58,733 nucleotides of DNA from NCBI GenBank assembly GCA_050998115.1, contig JBPCQM010000025.1, positions 1 to 58,733 of the forward strand. Direction: 5' to 3'. Positions 46,870-57,845 of the stretch are shown piece after piece; the first letter of the stretch is position 1, and every line of letters begins with the position of its first letter. The stretch comes from Pseudolabrys sp. (lineage in GTDB: Bacteria > Pseudomonadota > Alphaproteobacteria > Rhizobiales > Xanthobacteraceae). Position numbers and translations under genes: made by a program. The notes under the pieces are model-generated. The model made no database searches and was not told the origin of the DNA. It saw only the letters and a program-made list of their open reading frames with translations.

Positions 46870-48045
46870 TCAGTCTTCGAAGTCGGGCGTGGTCGGCGGC
46901 AGCTTGCTGTCGTCGACCACCTTGTGTTCGAGCCGCGCCGCATGTTTGGCGATCAGCGGCATGGTCAGCGACACGAAGAAAATCCGCGACAAATGATGCG
47001 CACCGACATAGACTGGGTCGGTGTTAAGCGCGAGCGCCAGCAGCATCATGGCGTCCACCGAGCCGGGTGCATAGGCGATCATCACGTCGGCGATGCGCAG
47101 CGACAACGCCATGACGAGAACGCCGGCAAACGCGCCGGCGATGCCGATCGACACCGCAAAAGACCCCAGCGCCGCGCCCATGAAGCGAAGCAGCAGCCGG
47201 ATCGGCGTATTGGCAAAGCGTGAGCCGGTAATGCCGCCGAGCGCGATCATCGCGGTATTGGCCGCCCACCACGGCATCACCGCATGGATCCAGCCGGTGC
47301 CGTGCAGCACCGCCGACGATAGCATGGCGCCGAACAGCAAACCGCCGGGAAAGCGGACGCGATAGGCGAGCGTGGCGACGGCGGTGGAAACCGCGAGCAA
47401 GATCAAAAGCTCATCAAGCGTGGCAAAGTTGAATTCGCCGCCAACGCCGCGCGATGACGGCGTCACCAGTCCCAGGATCGTAAGCGCCGCCGGCAACCCG
47501 ACCGCGATGATGACGACGCGCACCGTCTGTACGATGGCGATGCCCCGCAGATCGGCATCCAGTTCGGTTGCCACGGCGACGCATTGCGAAAGTCCGCCGG
47601 GCGCCGCGCCAAGAAACGCCGACACCCGATCCCATTTGTGCACGCGGCGAAGATACTCGCCGCCGACATAGCTCACCACCGCCATCGCGGCGATCAGCAC
47701 GAGGACACTGAGCGGGTAGGTGGCGATGCCGCGCAGCGTCTCTGGTGTCACCACCGCGCCGAGCGAGATTCCGATCAGCACAAAGATCACGCGATTGAGC
47801 CGGAGCGGCACATACATCGGCCGGCCGGCCAGCGCCGCGGCGGCGACGAACAAAATCGCGCCGGACAGCCAGCCGCCCGGCATTCCCGCAAGGCCGAGCA
47901 CGGTGCCGCCCGCGACGGCAAACACCATCGTCTCGGCAAAATGCGCGAGCAACCGGGAGCGGTCGGCGATCAGGAGTAGCGGCAAGAAACTCGACCTTGC
48001 GGCGGGCTTTCGCGGGCGCGGCAGGAAGGCCGGCGACGCGATCAA
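46870..48045 (-). CDS. Membrane AbrB-family protein (AidB regulator-like)
   Basis: Duplicated membrane repeats with PGGWLSGA, APGGL, PGGLLFGAM and APGS motifs; start uncertain. Confidence 0.75.
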   Translation of the reverse strand: MIASPAFLPRPRKPAARSSFLPLLLIADRSRLLAHFAETMVFAVAGGTVLGLAGMPGGWLSGAILFVAAAALAGRPMYVPLRLNRVIFVLIGISLGAVVTPETLRGIATYPLSVLVLIAAMAVVSYVGGEYLRRVHKWDRVSAFLGAAPGGLSQCVAVATELDADLRGIAIVQTVRVVIIAVGLPAALTILGLVTPSSRGVGGEFNFATLDELLILLAVSTAVATLAYRVRFPGGLLFGAMLSSAVLHGTGWIHAVMPWWAANTAMIALGGITGSRFANTPIRLLLRFMGAALGSFAVSIGIAGAFAGVLVMALSLRIADVMIAYAPGSVDAMMLLALALNTDPVYVGAHHLSRIFFVSLTMPLIAKHAARLEHKVVDDSKLPPTTPDFED

Positions 48046-48164
48046 TGCCGCGCGGCCGACGCGGCGTCAAACGCGGAAAACGCGGGGCAGCTAGGCAACC
48101 CGTCGCCTCCGGGAAGGCCGTCTGCTACCCTCAAGCCGGTCTTCGCCGGCGCTGGATCGGATCG

Positions 48165-51100
48165 ATGCTGCAAGGCTGGAACGTCATCGCGGTCGCGCTC
48201 GTCTACATCGGGCTGCTGTTCCTCGTTGCCAGCTATGGCGATCGCATCCGCGGCTTTGCGCGCGAGGGCCGAACGCGGCTGCTGATTTATCCGCTGTCGT
48301 TGGCGATCTACTGCACGTCGTGGACCTTTTTTGGCTCGGTCGGTCTTGCCTCTCGCACCGGCTATGACTTCCTCACCATTTACGTCGGCCCGGTGTTGAT
48401 GATCGGCGCCCTGTCGCCGCTGCTGGCCCGCGTCGTCCGCCTGGCGAAAGCGCAAAACACCACCTCGATCGCCGACTTCATCGCCGCGCGTTACGGCAAG
48501 GGGCAGGCGGTCGCGGCGACCGTCGCGCTGATCGCGATCGTCGGCACCATCCCCTACATCGCGTTGCAGCTCAAGGCGGTGTCGTCCTCGCTCGAAACAA
48601 TCCTAGCGCATATCACGTTGACCACCGGCGCCAGCGGGCCGTTTCTCGGCGATATCGCTTTACTGGTCGCGCTGTCGATGGCGACCTTCGCGGTGTTGTT
48701 CGGTACCCGCCACATCGACGCCACCGAGCACCAGGACGGCCTGATGCTGGCGATCGCCACCGAATCGATCATCAAGCTGGTGGCGTTTCTCGCGGTCGGA
48801 ATCTTCGTGACGTTCTGGATGTTCGACGGCCCGTTCGCCTTGTTCGACCAGGCGATGCAGCGGCCCGACATCGCCTCAGTGCTGCACGGCGAGCCGCACC
48901 TCGAAACGCTGGCGGCGATGACGCTGCTGTCGTTCGTCGCGATTCTGATGCTGCCGCGGCAATTTCATGTCGCGGTGGTAGAGAACAACAATCCCAAGGA
49001 GATCAGGCGCGCCGCCTGGCTGTTCCCCCTCTATCTGGTGCTGATCAATTTGTTCGTGGTGCCGATCGCGGTGGCCGGCCTGCTCACCTTCGCGCGCGGC
49101 GAGGTCGACAGCGACATGTTCGTGCTGGCGCTGCCGCTCAAGGCCGGATCGAACATCTTCACAATTGCCGCCTTCGTCGGCGGACTATCGGCGGCGACCG
49201 CAATGGTGATCATGGAAACTGTTGCGCTCTCCATCATGGTTTCCAACGATCTGGTGATGCCGTTCGTCCTGAAGCGGCGCGAAAAAACCATCTCCGGCGG
49301 CGGCAATATCGGCTCGCTGTTGTTGACCGCGCGCCGCGTCGCGATCTTTGCCATCCTGCTGCTCGCCTATATGTATTATCGCTCGGCCGCCGAGGCCCAG
49401 CTTGCCGCCATCGGCCTGCTGTCGTTTGCCGCCATTGCGCAATTGGCGCCAGCTTTTTTTGGCGGATTGATCTGGCGGCGCGCTACCGCGCGCGGCGCGA
49501 TGGGAGGGATGATCGCCGGTTTTCTGGTGTGGGCCTATACGCTTTTGCTGCCGAGCTTTGCCGACGTTGGGCTGGTCGGCCAGTCGCTGCTGACCGACGG
49601 GCCGTGGAATCTGCACGCGCTGAGGCCGCAGCATCTGCTCGGGCTCGATCTGCCGCCGCTGGTGCACGGGGTGATCTGGAGCCTGTTCGTCAATATCGCC
49701 TGCTATATCGGCTTCTCGTTCCGCCGCGAGCGGACGCCGATCGAACGCCTGCAGGCGAACCTGTTCGTGGCGACCGATCTCGCGCCGATGACGCCGAGCT
49801 TCCGGCTGTGGCGCTCCTCGGTGACCGTCGAGGAATTGACCACCACCGTAGCGCGTTATCTCGGCGAGGAACGCACGCGCGGCTCTTTCGAAAGTTTTGC
49901 CGCCGCGCAGCGCATCAGCTTCGGCCCGAAGGACGAGGCGGATTACCGCCTGGTGCGCTACGCCGAGCACGTGCTCGCCTCGGCGATCGGCGCCGCTTCG
50001 TCGCGGCTCGTTTTGTCGCTGCTGTTGCGCAAGCGCACGGTTTCGACCAAGGCGGCGCTCAAGCTGCTCGACGATGCCAACGCTGCAATCCAGTACAACC
50101 GCGAGATCATGCAAACCGCGCTCGATCACGTGCGCCAGGGCATCGCCGTGTTCGACAAGGATTTGCACCTGATCTGCTGGAACCGGCAATTCGGCGAGAT
50201 TCTTGACCTGCCGCCGGGCATTACCCGCGCCGGCATCGGGCTCGACGAAATCCTGCGCTACAATGCGGCGGGCGGCGGTGCCGGCAGCGAGCATATCGAA
50301 GCGTTCGTGTCGCAGCAGATCGAGCGATACATCGCGGGCTCCGAAGCATTCCGCGAGCGCTTCGCGGCGCGCGGCCCGGTGATTGAAGTTCGTGCCAACC
50401 GCATGCCGGACGGCGGAATTGTGACGACCTTTACCGACATCACGCCGAGCGTCGAAGCAGCCGAGGCGCTTGAGCGCGCCAACGAGACCTTGGAAAATCG
50501 CGTGCGCGAACGCACCGAGGAGCTGACCCGGCTCAACATCGCGCTGGCCAATGCCAAGGGCCAGGCCGATGCCGCCAACATCTCGAAAACAAAATTTCTC
50601 GCCGCGGCGAGCCACGATATTTTGCAGCCGCTTAACGCTGCGCGGCTTTACGTGACCAGCCTGACTGAGCGCCAGGTTTCGAAATTTGCCGCGCACGACG
50701 ACAGCCAGCTGGTCGACAATATCGATGCCTCGCTGGAAGCGGTTGAGGAAATTTTCGGGGCGCTGCTCGATATTTCGCGGCTCGACACCGGCGCGATGCG
50801 GCCTGAATTCGCGGTGTTCCGTGTCGACGAATTGCTGCGCCAGATCGAAGTAGAATTCGCGCCGATGGCGAGCGCCAAGGGCCTGAAGTTGATTTTCGTC
50901 CGTTCCTCACTGGCGGTGCGTTCCGACCGCCGTTTGCTGCGACGGCTCCTGCAAAACCTGGTCTCCAACGCCATCAAATATACGCCCCAGGGCCGCGTTC
51001 TGGTTGGTTGCCGCCGCGACAACGGGCGGCTGCGCATCGACGTTTACGACACCGGCGTCGGCATCCCGAAAAGCAAGCATCGCGACATCTTCATCGAATT

Positions 51101-51698
51101 TCACCGGCTGGATCAGGGCGCGCGAATCGCCCGCGGCCTCGGTCTGGGGCTGTCGATCGTGGAACGCATCGCCCGCGTGCTTGGCCACGAGGTTAGCGTC
51201 GTCTCCGCCGCGGGCAGCGGCTCACGGTTCTCGATCGAGATGCCGCGTTCCAACGCAGTTCCGACCACCCTGCCCCACGCAGGCGCGACGCCGATCGATC
51301 CCGGACTATTGGCCGGCACCTGCGCGCTTTGCATCGACAACGAACCGGCAATCCTTGATGGCATGGAAATCTTGCTGCGCGGCTGGGGCTGCGATGTGAT
51401 CACGGCGCCCGATCTCGCTACCGCGCTGGCCGCCGGCGAAACCGCCGATCATGCGCCGAACGGCTTGCTGGTGGATTATCATCTCGACGACGGCAACGGC
51501 ATCGGAGCGATTATCGGTTTGCGCCGGCATTTCGGCGACGAATTGCCGGCCATCCTGATCACCGCCGACCGCAGCCCGCGGGTGCGCGAACAAACGCGCG
51601 CACAAGGCATCCAGATTTTGCACAAGCCGATCAAGCCGGCGGCATTGCGCGCCCTGCTGGCGCAATGGCGCGTGATGCGCGTCGCGGCGGCGGAATAG
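48165..51698 (+). CDS. Sodium:solute-symporter-fused hybrid histidine kinase (CrbS/PrlS-like)
   Basis: SLAIYCTSWTFFGSVG symporter domain, IGAASSRLVL linker, PAS domain, H-box ASHDILQPLNAA, HATPase and a C-terminal receiver. Confidence 0.9.
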   Translation: MLQGWNVIAVALVYIGLLFLVASYGDRIRGFAREGRTRLLIYPLSLAIYCTSWTFFGSVGLASRTGYDFLTIYVGPVLMIGALSPLLARVVRLAKAQNTTSIADFIAARYGKGQAVAATVALIAIVGTIPYIALQLKAVSSSLETILAHITLTTGASGPFLGDIALLVALSMATFAVLFGTRHIDATEHQDGLMLAIATESIIKLVAFLAVGIFVTFWMFDGPFALFDQAMQRPDIASVLHGEPHLETLAAMTLLSFVAILMLPRQFHVAVVENNNPKEIRRAAWLFPLYLVLINLFVVPIAVAGLLTFARGEVDSDMFVLALPLKAGSNIFTIAAFVGGLSAATAMVIMETVALSIMVSNDLVMPFVLKRREKTISGGGNIGSLLLTARRVAIFAILLLAYMYYRSAAEAQLAAIGLLSFAAIAQLAPAFFGGLIWRRATARGAMGGMIAGFLVWAYTLLLPSFADVGLVGQSLLTDGPWNLHALRPQHLLGLDLPPLVHGVIWSLFVNIACYIGFSFRRERTPIERLQANLFVATDLAPMTPSFRLWRSSVTVEELTTTVARYLGEERTRGSFESFAAAQRISFGPKDEADYRLVRYAEHVLASAIGAASSRLVLSLLLRKRTVSTKAALKLLDDANAAIQYNREIMQTALDHVRQGIAVFDKDLHLICWNRQFGEILDLPPGITRAGIGLDEILRYNAAGGGAGSEHIEAFVSQQIERYIAGSEAFRERFAARGPVIEVRANRMPDGGIVTTFTDITPSVEAAEALERANETLENRVRERTEELTRLNIALANAKGQADAANISKTKFLAAASHDILQPLNAARLYVTSLTERQVSKFAAHDDSQLVDNIDASLEAVEEIFGALLDISRLDTGAMRPEFAVFRVDELLRQIEVEFAPMASAKGLKLIFVRSSLAVRSDRRLLRRLLQNLVSNAIKYTPQGRVLVGCRRDNGRLRIDVYDTGVGIPKSKHRDIFIEFHRLDQGARIARGLGLGLSIVERIARVLGHEVSVVSAAGSGSRFSIEMPRSNAVPTTLPHAGATPIDPGLLAGTCALCIDNEPAILDGMEILLRGWGCDVITAPDLATALAAGETADHAPNGLLVDYHLDDGNGIGAIIGLRRHFGDELPAILITADRSPRVREQTRAQGIQILHKPIKPAALRALLAQWRVMRVAAAE

Positions 51699-51706
51699 CA
51701 AAATTT

Positions 51707-51822
51707 GTCATTGCCGGGCTTGACCCGGCAATCCATGACGCACCGGCCGCCAACGTCAGAGCCGCGTTCGGCTCATACCAGCGAGAGTCATCATGGATGT
51801 CCGGGTCAAGCCCGGGCATGAC
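51707..51822. repeat. CGTC-type REP-like pair between converging genes
   Basis: GTCATTGCCGGGCTTGACCCGGCAATCCAT...ATGGATGTCCGGGTCAAGCCCGGGCATGAC. Confidence 0.8.
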
Positions 51823-51849
51823 GCAGAATTTATTTTGTCCGCGAGGACA

Positions 51850-52527
51850 CTAGCCTTCGGTGCTGACGCTTTGCGGCATGTGGCCAGCCTCGATCTTGGC
51901 TGCGGCAATCACCGCCTGGGTGCGGCTCTCGACGCCCAGTTTTTGCAGGATCGCAGAGACGTGCGCCTTGACCGTCGCCTCCGACACGCCGAGCTGGTAG
52001 GCGATCTGCTTGTTGAGCAGACCTTCCGACAGCATCATCAGCACACGGACCTGCTGCGGCGTCAGGGACGCCATTCGAGTCATCAGTTCGGCGGTTTCGG
52101 CGTCGGCGCCGGCCTTGAGATCGACGTCGGGCGGCGTCCACACGCCGCCCTTGAGAATGCGCGAGATGGCGACGCGCATTTCCTCGGTGCCCAGCGTCTT
52201 CGGAATGAAGCCTGACGCGCCGAATTGCATGCAACGGCGGATCGCGGCCGGTTCATCGTTGGCGGACACGATGATCACCGGCACGCTGGGATACTGCGCG
52301 CGCAAATACATCAGGCCGGAAAATCCCCGCACGCCCGGCATCGTCAGGTCGAGCAAAATGACGTCGACCTCGCCGCCGCGCTCGAGCAGCTGCGCAACCT
52401 CGTCAAACGAGCCGGCTTCCGCGATATCCATGCGCTCAAACAGCCCGCTGACCGCCTCGCGCAACGCGCCGCGAAACAGCGGGTGATCGTCGGCGATGAC
52501 AAAGCGATAAATATCGGCCGTGTGCAC
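51850..52527 (-). CDS. NarL/LuxR-family response regulator (CrbR/PrlR-like)
   Basis: IADDHPLFR, LLDLTMPG and the HTH LTPQQ...GLLNKQIA...TVKAHVS. Confidence 0.9.
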   Translation of the reverse strand: MHTADIYRFVIADDHPLFRGALREAVSGLFERMDIAEAGSFDEVAQLLERGGEVDVILLDLTMPGVRGFSGLMYLRAQYPSVPVIIVSANDEPAAIRRCMQFGASGFIPKTLGTEEMRVAISRILKGGVWTPPDVDLKAGADAETAELMTRMASLTPQQVRVLMMLSEGLLNKQIAYQLGVSEATVKAHVSAILQKLGVESRTQAVIAAAKIEAGHMPQSVSTEG

Positions 52528-52594
52528 AGATCTCTCTCGTCGGGACGCGCATCATGCCCGATAAGGCGCAAGCAAGACAGCCCCGGAATCGCGG

Positions 52595-53053
52595 CTAAAT
52601 CCGGCTTCCGATGAACTGCAGGACGATCTCGCGCGCGTGCGGCGCCGCGCGATGCTCAACCAGATAGATGCCCTGCCAGGTTCCAAGCATCGCCTTGCCG
52701 CCCGCGACCGGCACATAGAGCGACGCGCCAATGAGCATCGCCTTGATATGCGCCGGCATGTCGTCCGGACCTTCGGTGTCGTGCACCCAGCCGGCGTTTT
52801 CGGGCGCCAGTCGCGCCAGCGCCGTCATCAGGTCAGTCTGCACGTCGGGATCGGCGTTCTCCTGGATCACCAGGGACGCCGAGGTATGCCGCAGATAAAG
52901 CAGCAACGCGCCGTCGCCGGCGTAGCTCTCGCGCAGGAAATACGCGGCGTCGCGCGTGATATCGGTGAAGCCGGCGCCTTTGGTCGCGACCGTCAAGGTC
53001 GCCGCCGTCATCAGTTGCGGCGCGATATTTGTAATGGCGGAAAGCCGGGCCAC
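52595..53053 (-). CDS. YjbQ (UPF0047) family protein
   Basis: HTSASL..QENADPDV, HDTEGPDDMPAHIK and LGTWQGIY. Confidence 0.9.
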   Translation of the reverse strand: MARLSAITNIAPQLMTAATLTVATKGAGFTDITRDAAYFLRESYAGDGALLLYLRHTSASLVIQENADPDVQTDLMTALARLAPENAGWVHDTEGPDDMPAHIKAMLIGASLYVPVAGGKAMLGTWQGIYLVEHRAAPHAREIVLQFIGSRI

Positions 53054-53077
53054 CTCCGGTTCATGTCCGATTCATGT

Positions 53078-53596
53078 TCATGTCTTTTCTTTGCGCCATT
53101 GCTCCAGCATGTCGACCAGGCGCCGCCAGGCATCGTCGATCAACGCCTTGGCGCGGTTGAGATCGTCGCGGTTCGGCAGTTTCAGTTCACCTTGCTTCGA
53201 CGGCGGCACGGTTTCCGGCGGGCGCGGCGGCAGCAGCGCGCTGCCGCGCAAATCCGCGACTTCCTTGTTCAGACTTTCGACTTGCGCCTGCAGACGTGCG
53301 ATTTCGCCGTCGAGCGCGGCGCGATCGTCCGGCACCGCCTGGCACGCCCAGCCCACCGTCCGCGCGCTGCACAGGCTGACTTGTCCGGTATCGCTATCGA
53401 GGCGGAGCACGCCGTCGCTCACCTTGGTGAAATGGAAGCGCTGTCCCGTCATATCCAAGCCAGACTTGTTCCACGGCGGTCCACGATCGGCGGGTTTGTC
53501 GTCGATACCGGGCGGCACGGCGTCATCCGCAACCGCCATCGCCGCGCAACCGGCCAGCGCAACGGCAAAAGCGATGCCGCCGATTGTCCTCGTCAT
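53078..53596 (-). CDS. Hypothetical secreted coiled-coil protein
   Basis: GGAGG RBS, signal peptide, LRLDSDTGQVSLC...WAC motif and a coiled coil. Confidence 0.7.
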   Translation of the reverse strand: MTRTIGGIAFAVALAGCAAMAVADDAVPPGIDDKPADRGPPWNKSGLDMTGQRFHFTKVSDGVLRLDSDTGQVSLCSARTVGWACQAVPDDRAALDGEIARLQAQVESLNKEVADLRGSALLPPRPPETVPPSKQGELKLPNRDDLNRAKALIDDAWRRLVDMLEQWRKEKT

Positions 53597-53855
53597 GATT
53601 TCCTCCATCGCCCGCATCTTAGGACGCCAACATTGGCACTAGCGCGGCAGAACACCGTCCAAACTTCATCAATCGTGGCGCAACAAGTTTGCCCCAATAA
53701 CGCAAAATGCCAACAAGAAAATCCACGCATTGTTCCTGATTTCAAAGCGTTATCCGCGAGTTTCGGTTTCTTGACTCGCATATTCACGCTCAGTATGGTC
53801 CGCGCGAATTTGGGCGGCGGAATCGCGGATGTTCTGATCCGGGCAGGTCGAAAGC

Positions 53856-54203
53856 ATGGCTGACGACACGCCACAGCCAGACAACCGGCCGGACGAGGAA
53901 GCTGCTCTCGCCGCGAGGCTTTCGCGTCTCGGCACTCGGCTCAACCAGGTGAGCCGGTCTTCCGAACACGGCTCCGCGCCGCGCCAGGCCGTCGACACGA
54001 CGGCGATGGCGCGCGGCTTTCGGCTTTCAACCGAACTGGTTGCAGGCGTGTTGGCCGGGGCGGGACTTGGCTGGCTGCTCGACCGCTGGCTCGGCAGCTC
54101 GCCGTGGGGGCTGATTGTTTTTCTGCTGCTCGGCTTCGCAGCCGGCGTTTTGAATGTAATGCGCGCGGCGGGCGTCGTGCGCGAAAACGACAGGACCGAC
54201 TGA
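53856..54203 (+). CDS. atpI: ATP synthase protein I (AtpZ/AtpI)
   Basis: [27 protein letters not shown]; first gene of the F0 operon. Confidence 0.88.
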   Translation: MADDTPQPDNRPDEEAALAARLSRLGTRLNQVSRSSEHGSAPRQAVDTTAMARGFRLSTELVAGVLAGAGLGWLLDRWLGSSPWGLIVFLLLGFAAGVLNVMRAAGVVRENDRTD

Positions 54204-54208
54204 ATACG

Positions 54209-54961
54209 ATGGCCGCCGATCCGATCCACCAGTTCAACATCATCAATCTGTTTCCGGTCGCCAAGATCGGCGCGACCGACATCGCCTTCACCAATTCGGC
54301 AGCCTTCATGCTGGTGGCGGCGACCGGCATCACTGTCTTCCTGCTCGGCGCCACCGCGAAACGCCGGATGGTCCCAAGCCGCCTGCAATCGGCCGCCGAA
54401 CTATCCTACGAATTCGTCGCCGACACGGTGCGCAGCACCGCCGGCTCGGAGGGCATGAGGTTTTTCCCGTTCGTCTTCACCCTGTTCATGTTCGTTCTGA
54501 CGCTCAATATGATCGGGCTCATTCCCTACACCTTCACGGTAACGAGCCACATCATCATCACCGCGGCGCTAGCGATCACAGTGTTCCTGCTGGTGCTGGG
54601 TTACGGTCTCTATTCGCACGGCCTGCACTTCTTCAATCTGTTCGTGCCAAAAGGCGTGCCGATTTACATCCTGCCGCTGATCGTATTCATCGAAATTCTT
54701 TCGTTCCTGTCGCGGCCAATCTCGCACAGCGTGCGGCTGTTCGCCAATATGCTGGCCGGCCACATCACGCTCAAAGTATTCGCCGGCTTCATCCTGCTGC
54801 TCGGCAGCCTTGGTTTTCTCGGCTGGATGGGCGCGGCGCTGCCGTTTTTCATGATCGTCATTCTCACCGCCCTCGAAATGCTGGTGGCGTTCCTGCAAGC
54901 CTATGTGTTTGCCATCCTCACCTGCATTTATCTCAACGACGCCATTCATCCGGGCCATTGA
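54209..54961 (+). CDS. atpB: F0 ATP synthase subunit a
   Basis: [17 protein letters not shown] and LQAYVFAIL. Confidence 0.96.
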   Translation: MAADPIHQFNIINLFPVAKIGATDIAFTNSAAFMLVAATGITVFLLGATAKRRMVPSRLQSAAELSYEFVADTVRSTAGSEGMRFFPFVFTLFMFVLTLNMIGLIPYTFTVTSHIIITAALAITVFLLVLGYGLYSHGLHFFNLFVPKGVPIYILPLIVFIEILSFLSRPISHSVRLFANMLAGHITLKVFAGFILLLGSLGFLGWMGAALPFFMIVILTALEMLVAFLQAYVFAILTCIYLNDAIHPGH

Positions 54962-54993
54962 GGCCCGGCGGCGCAACGCAAGAGGAGTTTGTT

Positions 54994-55221
54994 ATGGATC
55001 CAGTGGCAGCAAAATACATCGGTGCCGGCATTGCCTGCATCGGTATGGGCGGCGCCGGCGTCGGCGTCGGCATCATTTTCGGCAACTATCTCGCCGCCGC
55101 GCTGCGCAACCCGTCCGCCGCGCAGGGCCAGTTCGGCAACCTGATCTTCGGATTCGCCATCACCGAAGCGCTCGGCATCTTCTCGCTGCTGATCGCGCTG
55201 CTGCTGCTGTTCGCGCTCTAG
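54994..55221 (+). CDS. atpE: F0 ATP synthase subunit c
   Basis: GAGVGVG, RNP loop and the proton-carrying Glu in TEALG; GAGGAG RBS. Confidence 0.96.
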   Translation: MDPVAAKYIGAGIACIGMGGAGVGVGIIFGNYLAAALRNPSAAQGQFGNLIFGFAITEALGIFSLLIALLLLFAL

Positions 55222-55247
55222 GCCAAAGCCAACCGGACCAAAAGGCG

Positions 55248-55784
55248 ATGGCGACCGAAGCTCATACCGAAGTAGCTGGCGGCGAGCACAAGGGCGCGTT
55301 TCCGCCCTTCAACTCGACCACCTATGCCTCCCAACTGATATGGCTCGTCATCACCTTCGTGGCGCTTTATGCGCTGATGTCGAAGGTGGCCTTGCCACGG
55401 GTCGGACGCATCATCGACGAGCGGCAGAAGCGGATCGCCGGCGATCTTGCCGCGGCGGAAAGCCTGAAGCAACAGTCCGATGCGGCGGTCGCTGCCTACG
55501 AGAAGGCACTGGCCGAGGCGCGTAACCGCGCGCAGTCGATCGCCAACGAAACCCGCGAGTGGCATGCCGCCGAAGCGGACAAGCGCCGCAAGGCGCTCGA
55601 AGATCAGCTCAACGCCCGGTTGGCCGCCGCGGAAAAAACCATTGCCGCCACCAAGCTGTCAGCCATGAACAATGTGCGCGGCATCGCCGCCGACGCCGCC
55701 AAGGCGATCGTCGAACGGCTGATCGGCACCGCGCCCGGCGACCAGGCGGTCGACGCGGCGCTCGCCGACGTGCTCAATCGCTGA
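55248..55784 (+). CDS. F0 ATP synthase subunit b'
   Basis: FPPF...SQLIWL...LPRV followed by an Ala-rich coiled coil. Confidence 0.9.
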   Translation: MATEAHTEVAGGEHKGAFPPFNSTTYASQLIWLVITFVALYALMSKVALPRVGRIIDERQKRIAGDLAAAESLKQQSDAAVAAYEKALAEARNRAQSIANETREWHAAEADKRRKALEDQLNARLAAAEKTIAATKLSAMNNVRGIAADAAKAIVERLIGTAPGDQAVDAALADVLNR

Positions 55785-55793
55785 GGCCCCGGA

Positions 55794-56279
55794 ATGGAAT
55801 TCGACGCCGAATTTTTCGTTGCCGTCGCCTTTGTGGTGTTTATCGCGGGGCTCGGCTACCTCGGCGTGCATAAAACCATCACGCGCTCGCTCGACCAGCG
55901 CCGCGACCGCATCAAGGCCGAACTCGATGAAGCGGCACGGCTGAAGGACGAGGCGATGGCGCTGCTCGGCGAATACCAGCGCAAGCGGCAGCAGGCCGAA
56001 AGCGAGGCGCAGTCGATCATTGCCGGCGCTAAGGCGGAAGCCGAACGGCTCGCGGTCGAGGCCAAAGCCAAGGCGGAAGAATTTGTCGCCCGCCGCACTA
56101 AGATGGCGGAAACCAAGATCGCCCAGGCCGAAGCCCAGGCGGTCGCCGACGTGCGCGGCGCCGCCGCCGATGCGGCTGTCGCGGCAGCCGAGAAAATCCT
56201 TGCCGAGCAGGCTAAGGGGCAGATGGCCGGCGAACTGGTCGCCAAGGGCATCGAAGATGTCCGCAAAAAGCTGAATTAG
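55794..56279 (+). CDS. atpF: F0 ATP synthase subunit b
   Basis: EFFVAVAF transmembrane segment and [15 protein letters not shown]. Confidence 0.92.
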   Translation: MEFDAEFFVAVAFVVFIAGLGYLGVHKTITRSLDQRRDRIKAELDEAARLKDEAMALLGEYQRKRQQAESEAQSIIAGAKAEAERLAVEAKAKAEEFVARRTKMAETKIAQAEAQAVADVRGAAADAAVAAAEKILAEQAKGQMAGELVAKGIEDVRKKLN

Positions 56280-56468
56280 GGGCCGGCCTAAGCGACTCAA
56301 TTCGCTTGCCTTTCCGGGCGGTTTCCCCGTAGTTCCCAAGCGTCCCCCAAGCGCTGTATCACACCGCATTTGCCGTTCGCACCGCCCGCACTATTCTCCC
56401 CGCACTGATTCGCTGGCATTTGTAGCGTTTTTAGTCGCGTTCCGGGTTTTGGGGCCTAGGGACCACGC

Positions 56469-57125
56469 TTGGTCATTTTCGATTGCAACGGTGTTTTGGT
56501 TGAAAGCGAGCAGCTCGCCACGGCTGTCGTCTCGCAGGAATTCATGCGCGCCGGGTTCGCGCTGACCCCCGACGTCGTCGCGCGCTATTTCACCGGCCGC
56601 CGCCCCGCCGATATGTTTGCCGAAGTCGAACTGGCAGCCGGCCGCAAGCTGCCGGCGAATTTCGCCGTCACAGTCGCCAGCGCGACGTTGCGCCGTTTCC
56701 GCCAGGAATTGCGGCCGACCGCGCACGCCGCTTACGCGCTGAGCTGGCTGCGCGGGCCGAAATGCGTGGCGTCGTCTTCCTCGCTCGATCGCATGCGGGT
56801 CAGCCTGGAATGCACCGACCTGATCCGCTTTTTCGAGCCATATCTGTTTTCGGCGGGCGACGTGCGGCACGGCAAGCCGTCGCCGGATTTGTTTCTGCAC
56901 GCGGCCGCGACGATGCGGGTGAAGCCGTCCGATTGCATCGTCGTCGAGGATTCCGCGGTCGGAGTAACAGCCTGCGTTGCGGCGGGCATGAACGTGATCG
57001 GCTTCGTCGGCGGCAGCCATGCCGGCTTTAATCTCGGCGCGCATCTGGCGGCGGCCGGCGCGCGCACGGTCATTGCCGACCTGCGGGCGCTCAAAGGCGC
57101 GGTGATTGATCTGCGCGGCTGGTGA
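56469..57125 (+). CDS. HAD-IA family hydrolase
   Basis: VIFDCNGVLV, GKPSPDLFL and VVEDS motifs; TTG start. Confidence 0.8.
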   Translation: MVIFDCNGVLVESEQLATAVVSQEFMRAGFALTPDVVARYFTGRRPADMFAEVELAAGRKLPANFAVTVASATLRRFRQELRPTAHAAYALSWLRGPKCVASSSSLDRMRVSLECTDLIRFFEPYLFSAGDVRHGKPSPDLFLHAAATMRVKPSDCIVVEDSAVGVTACVAAGMNVIGFVGGSHAGFNLGAHLAAAGARTVIADLRALKGAVIDLRGW

Positions 57126-57773
57126 CTAACGCCTGCGCCGCGGTTTCGCCGCCGCTTTCGGCCGCTCGTTCAACGCGTTCGGATCGAACCCGACATACAC
57201 AATATAAGAATCGATATTGCCGAGCGGTTGCGGCAGCGGGAACGCGATCTCGGAATCAATGTGGGTGAAATTCACAAAGGGCGCGCCATCGCCGACCGTG
57301 ACGGGAATTCGGACCAGTTTCGACAGCACCGTCTTGGCCTGCGGGCCTTCCTGCACCACCGCGAGGCGCAGCGGAACGTCGAGCTGCCCGGGGCCGCCGG
57401 CCGGACCGACGATGACGCGGCCTTCGATGCCAACCTTCATCGTCATGGTCCCGGCGGCGACGTGGCACTCGCGCGCCGTGCGCACGATAGTGCCCTGATA
57501 GCGCAGTTCGAGCGCCGATGGATCGCTCGCAGCCGTGGACTTGGCAGCGAGCGACAGTGTCGAAGCCCCGGAGCGCACCGTAACGCCCGGGCATTCGACA
57601 TCATCATCGCCAATGCTTGCGTTCGGCGAGGCGTTGGTAGCTACCACTTTTTCCGTCGACGACGAGCCGAACAGATTGAGGCTGGAGGTCGAGCAGCCGC
57701 CCGCCATTAGAGTTAGCGTCAGCAAGCCGGTGCGCGCGGCAGGAGCGATTCCAAAAAAACCTATCCGACGCAT
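57126..57773 (-). CDS. Hypothetical lipoprotein
   Basis: Lipobox-like LMAGGC, CPGVTVR, TAREC, GPAGGPG and IVYVGFD. Confidence 0.7.
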   Translation of the reverse strand: MRRIGFFGIAPAARTGLLTLTLMAGGCSTSSLNLFGSSSTEKVVATNASPNASIGDDDVECPGVTVRSGASTLSLAAKSTAASDPSALELRYQGTIVRTARECHVAAGTMTMKVGIEGRVIVGPAGGPGQLDVPLRLAVVQEGPQAKTVLSKLVRIPVTVGDGAPFVNFTHIDSEIAFPLPQPLGNIDSYIVYVGFDPNALNERPKAAAKPRRRR

Positions 57774-57845
57774 TGCTGATCCCGTGCCTGTCCGTTTCGC
57801 TACGCGAAGGTTATAGCAATTCAAGCATGGCGAACCAAAGGCAGG

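Noticed and set aside
48165-52527. Symporter-kinase fusion as a novel system
   Set aside because: It matches the described CrbS/CrbR (PrlS/PrlR) architecture.
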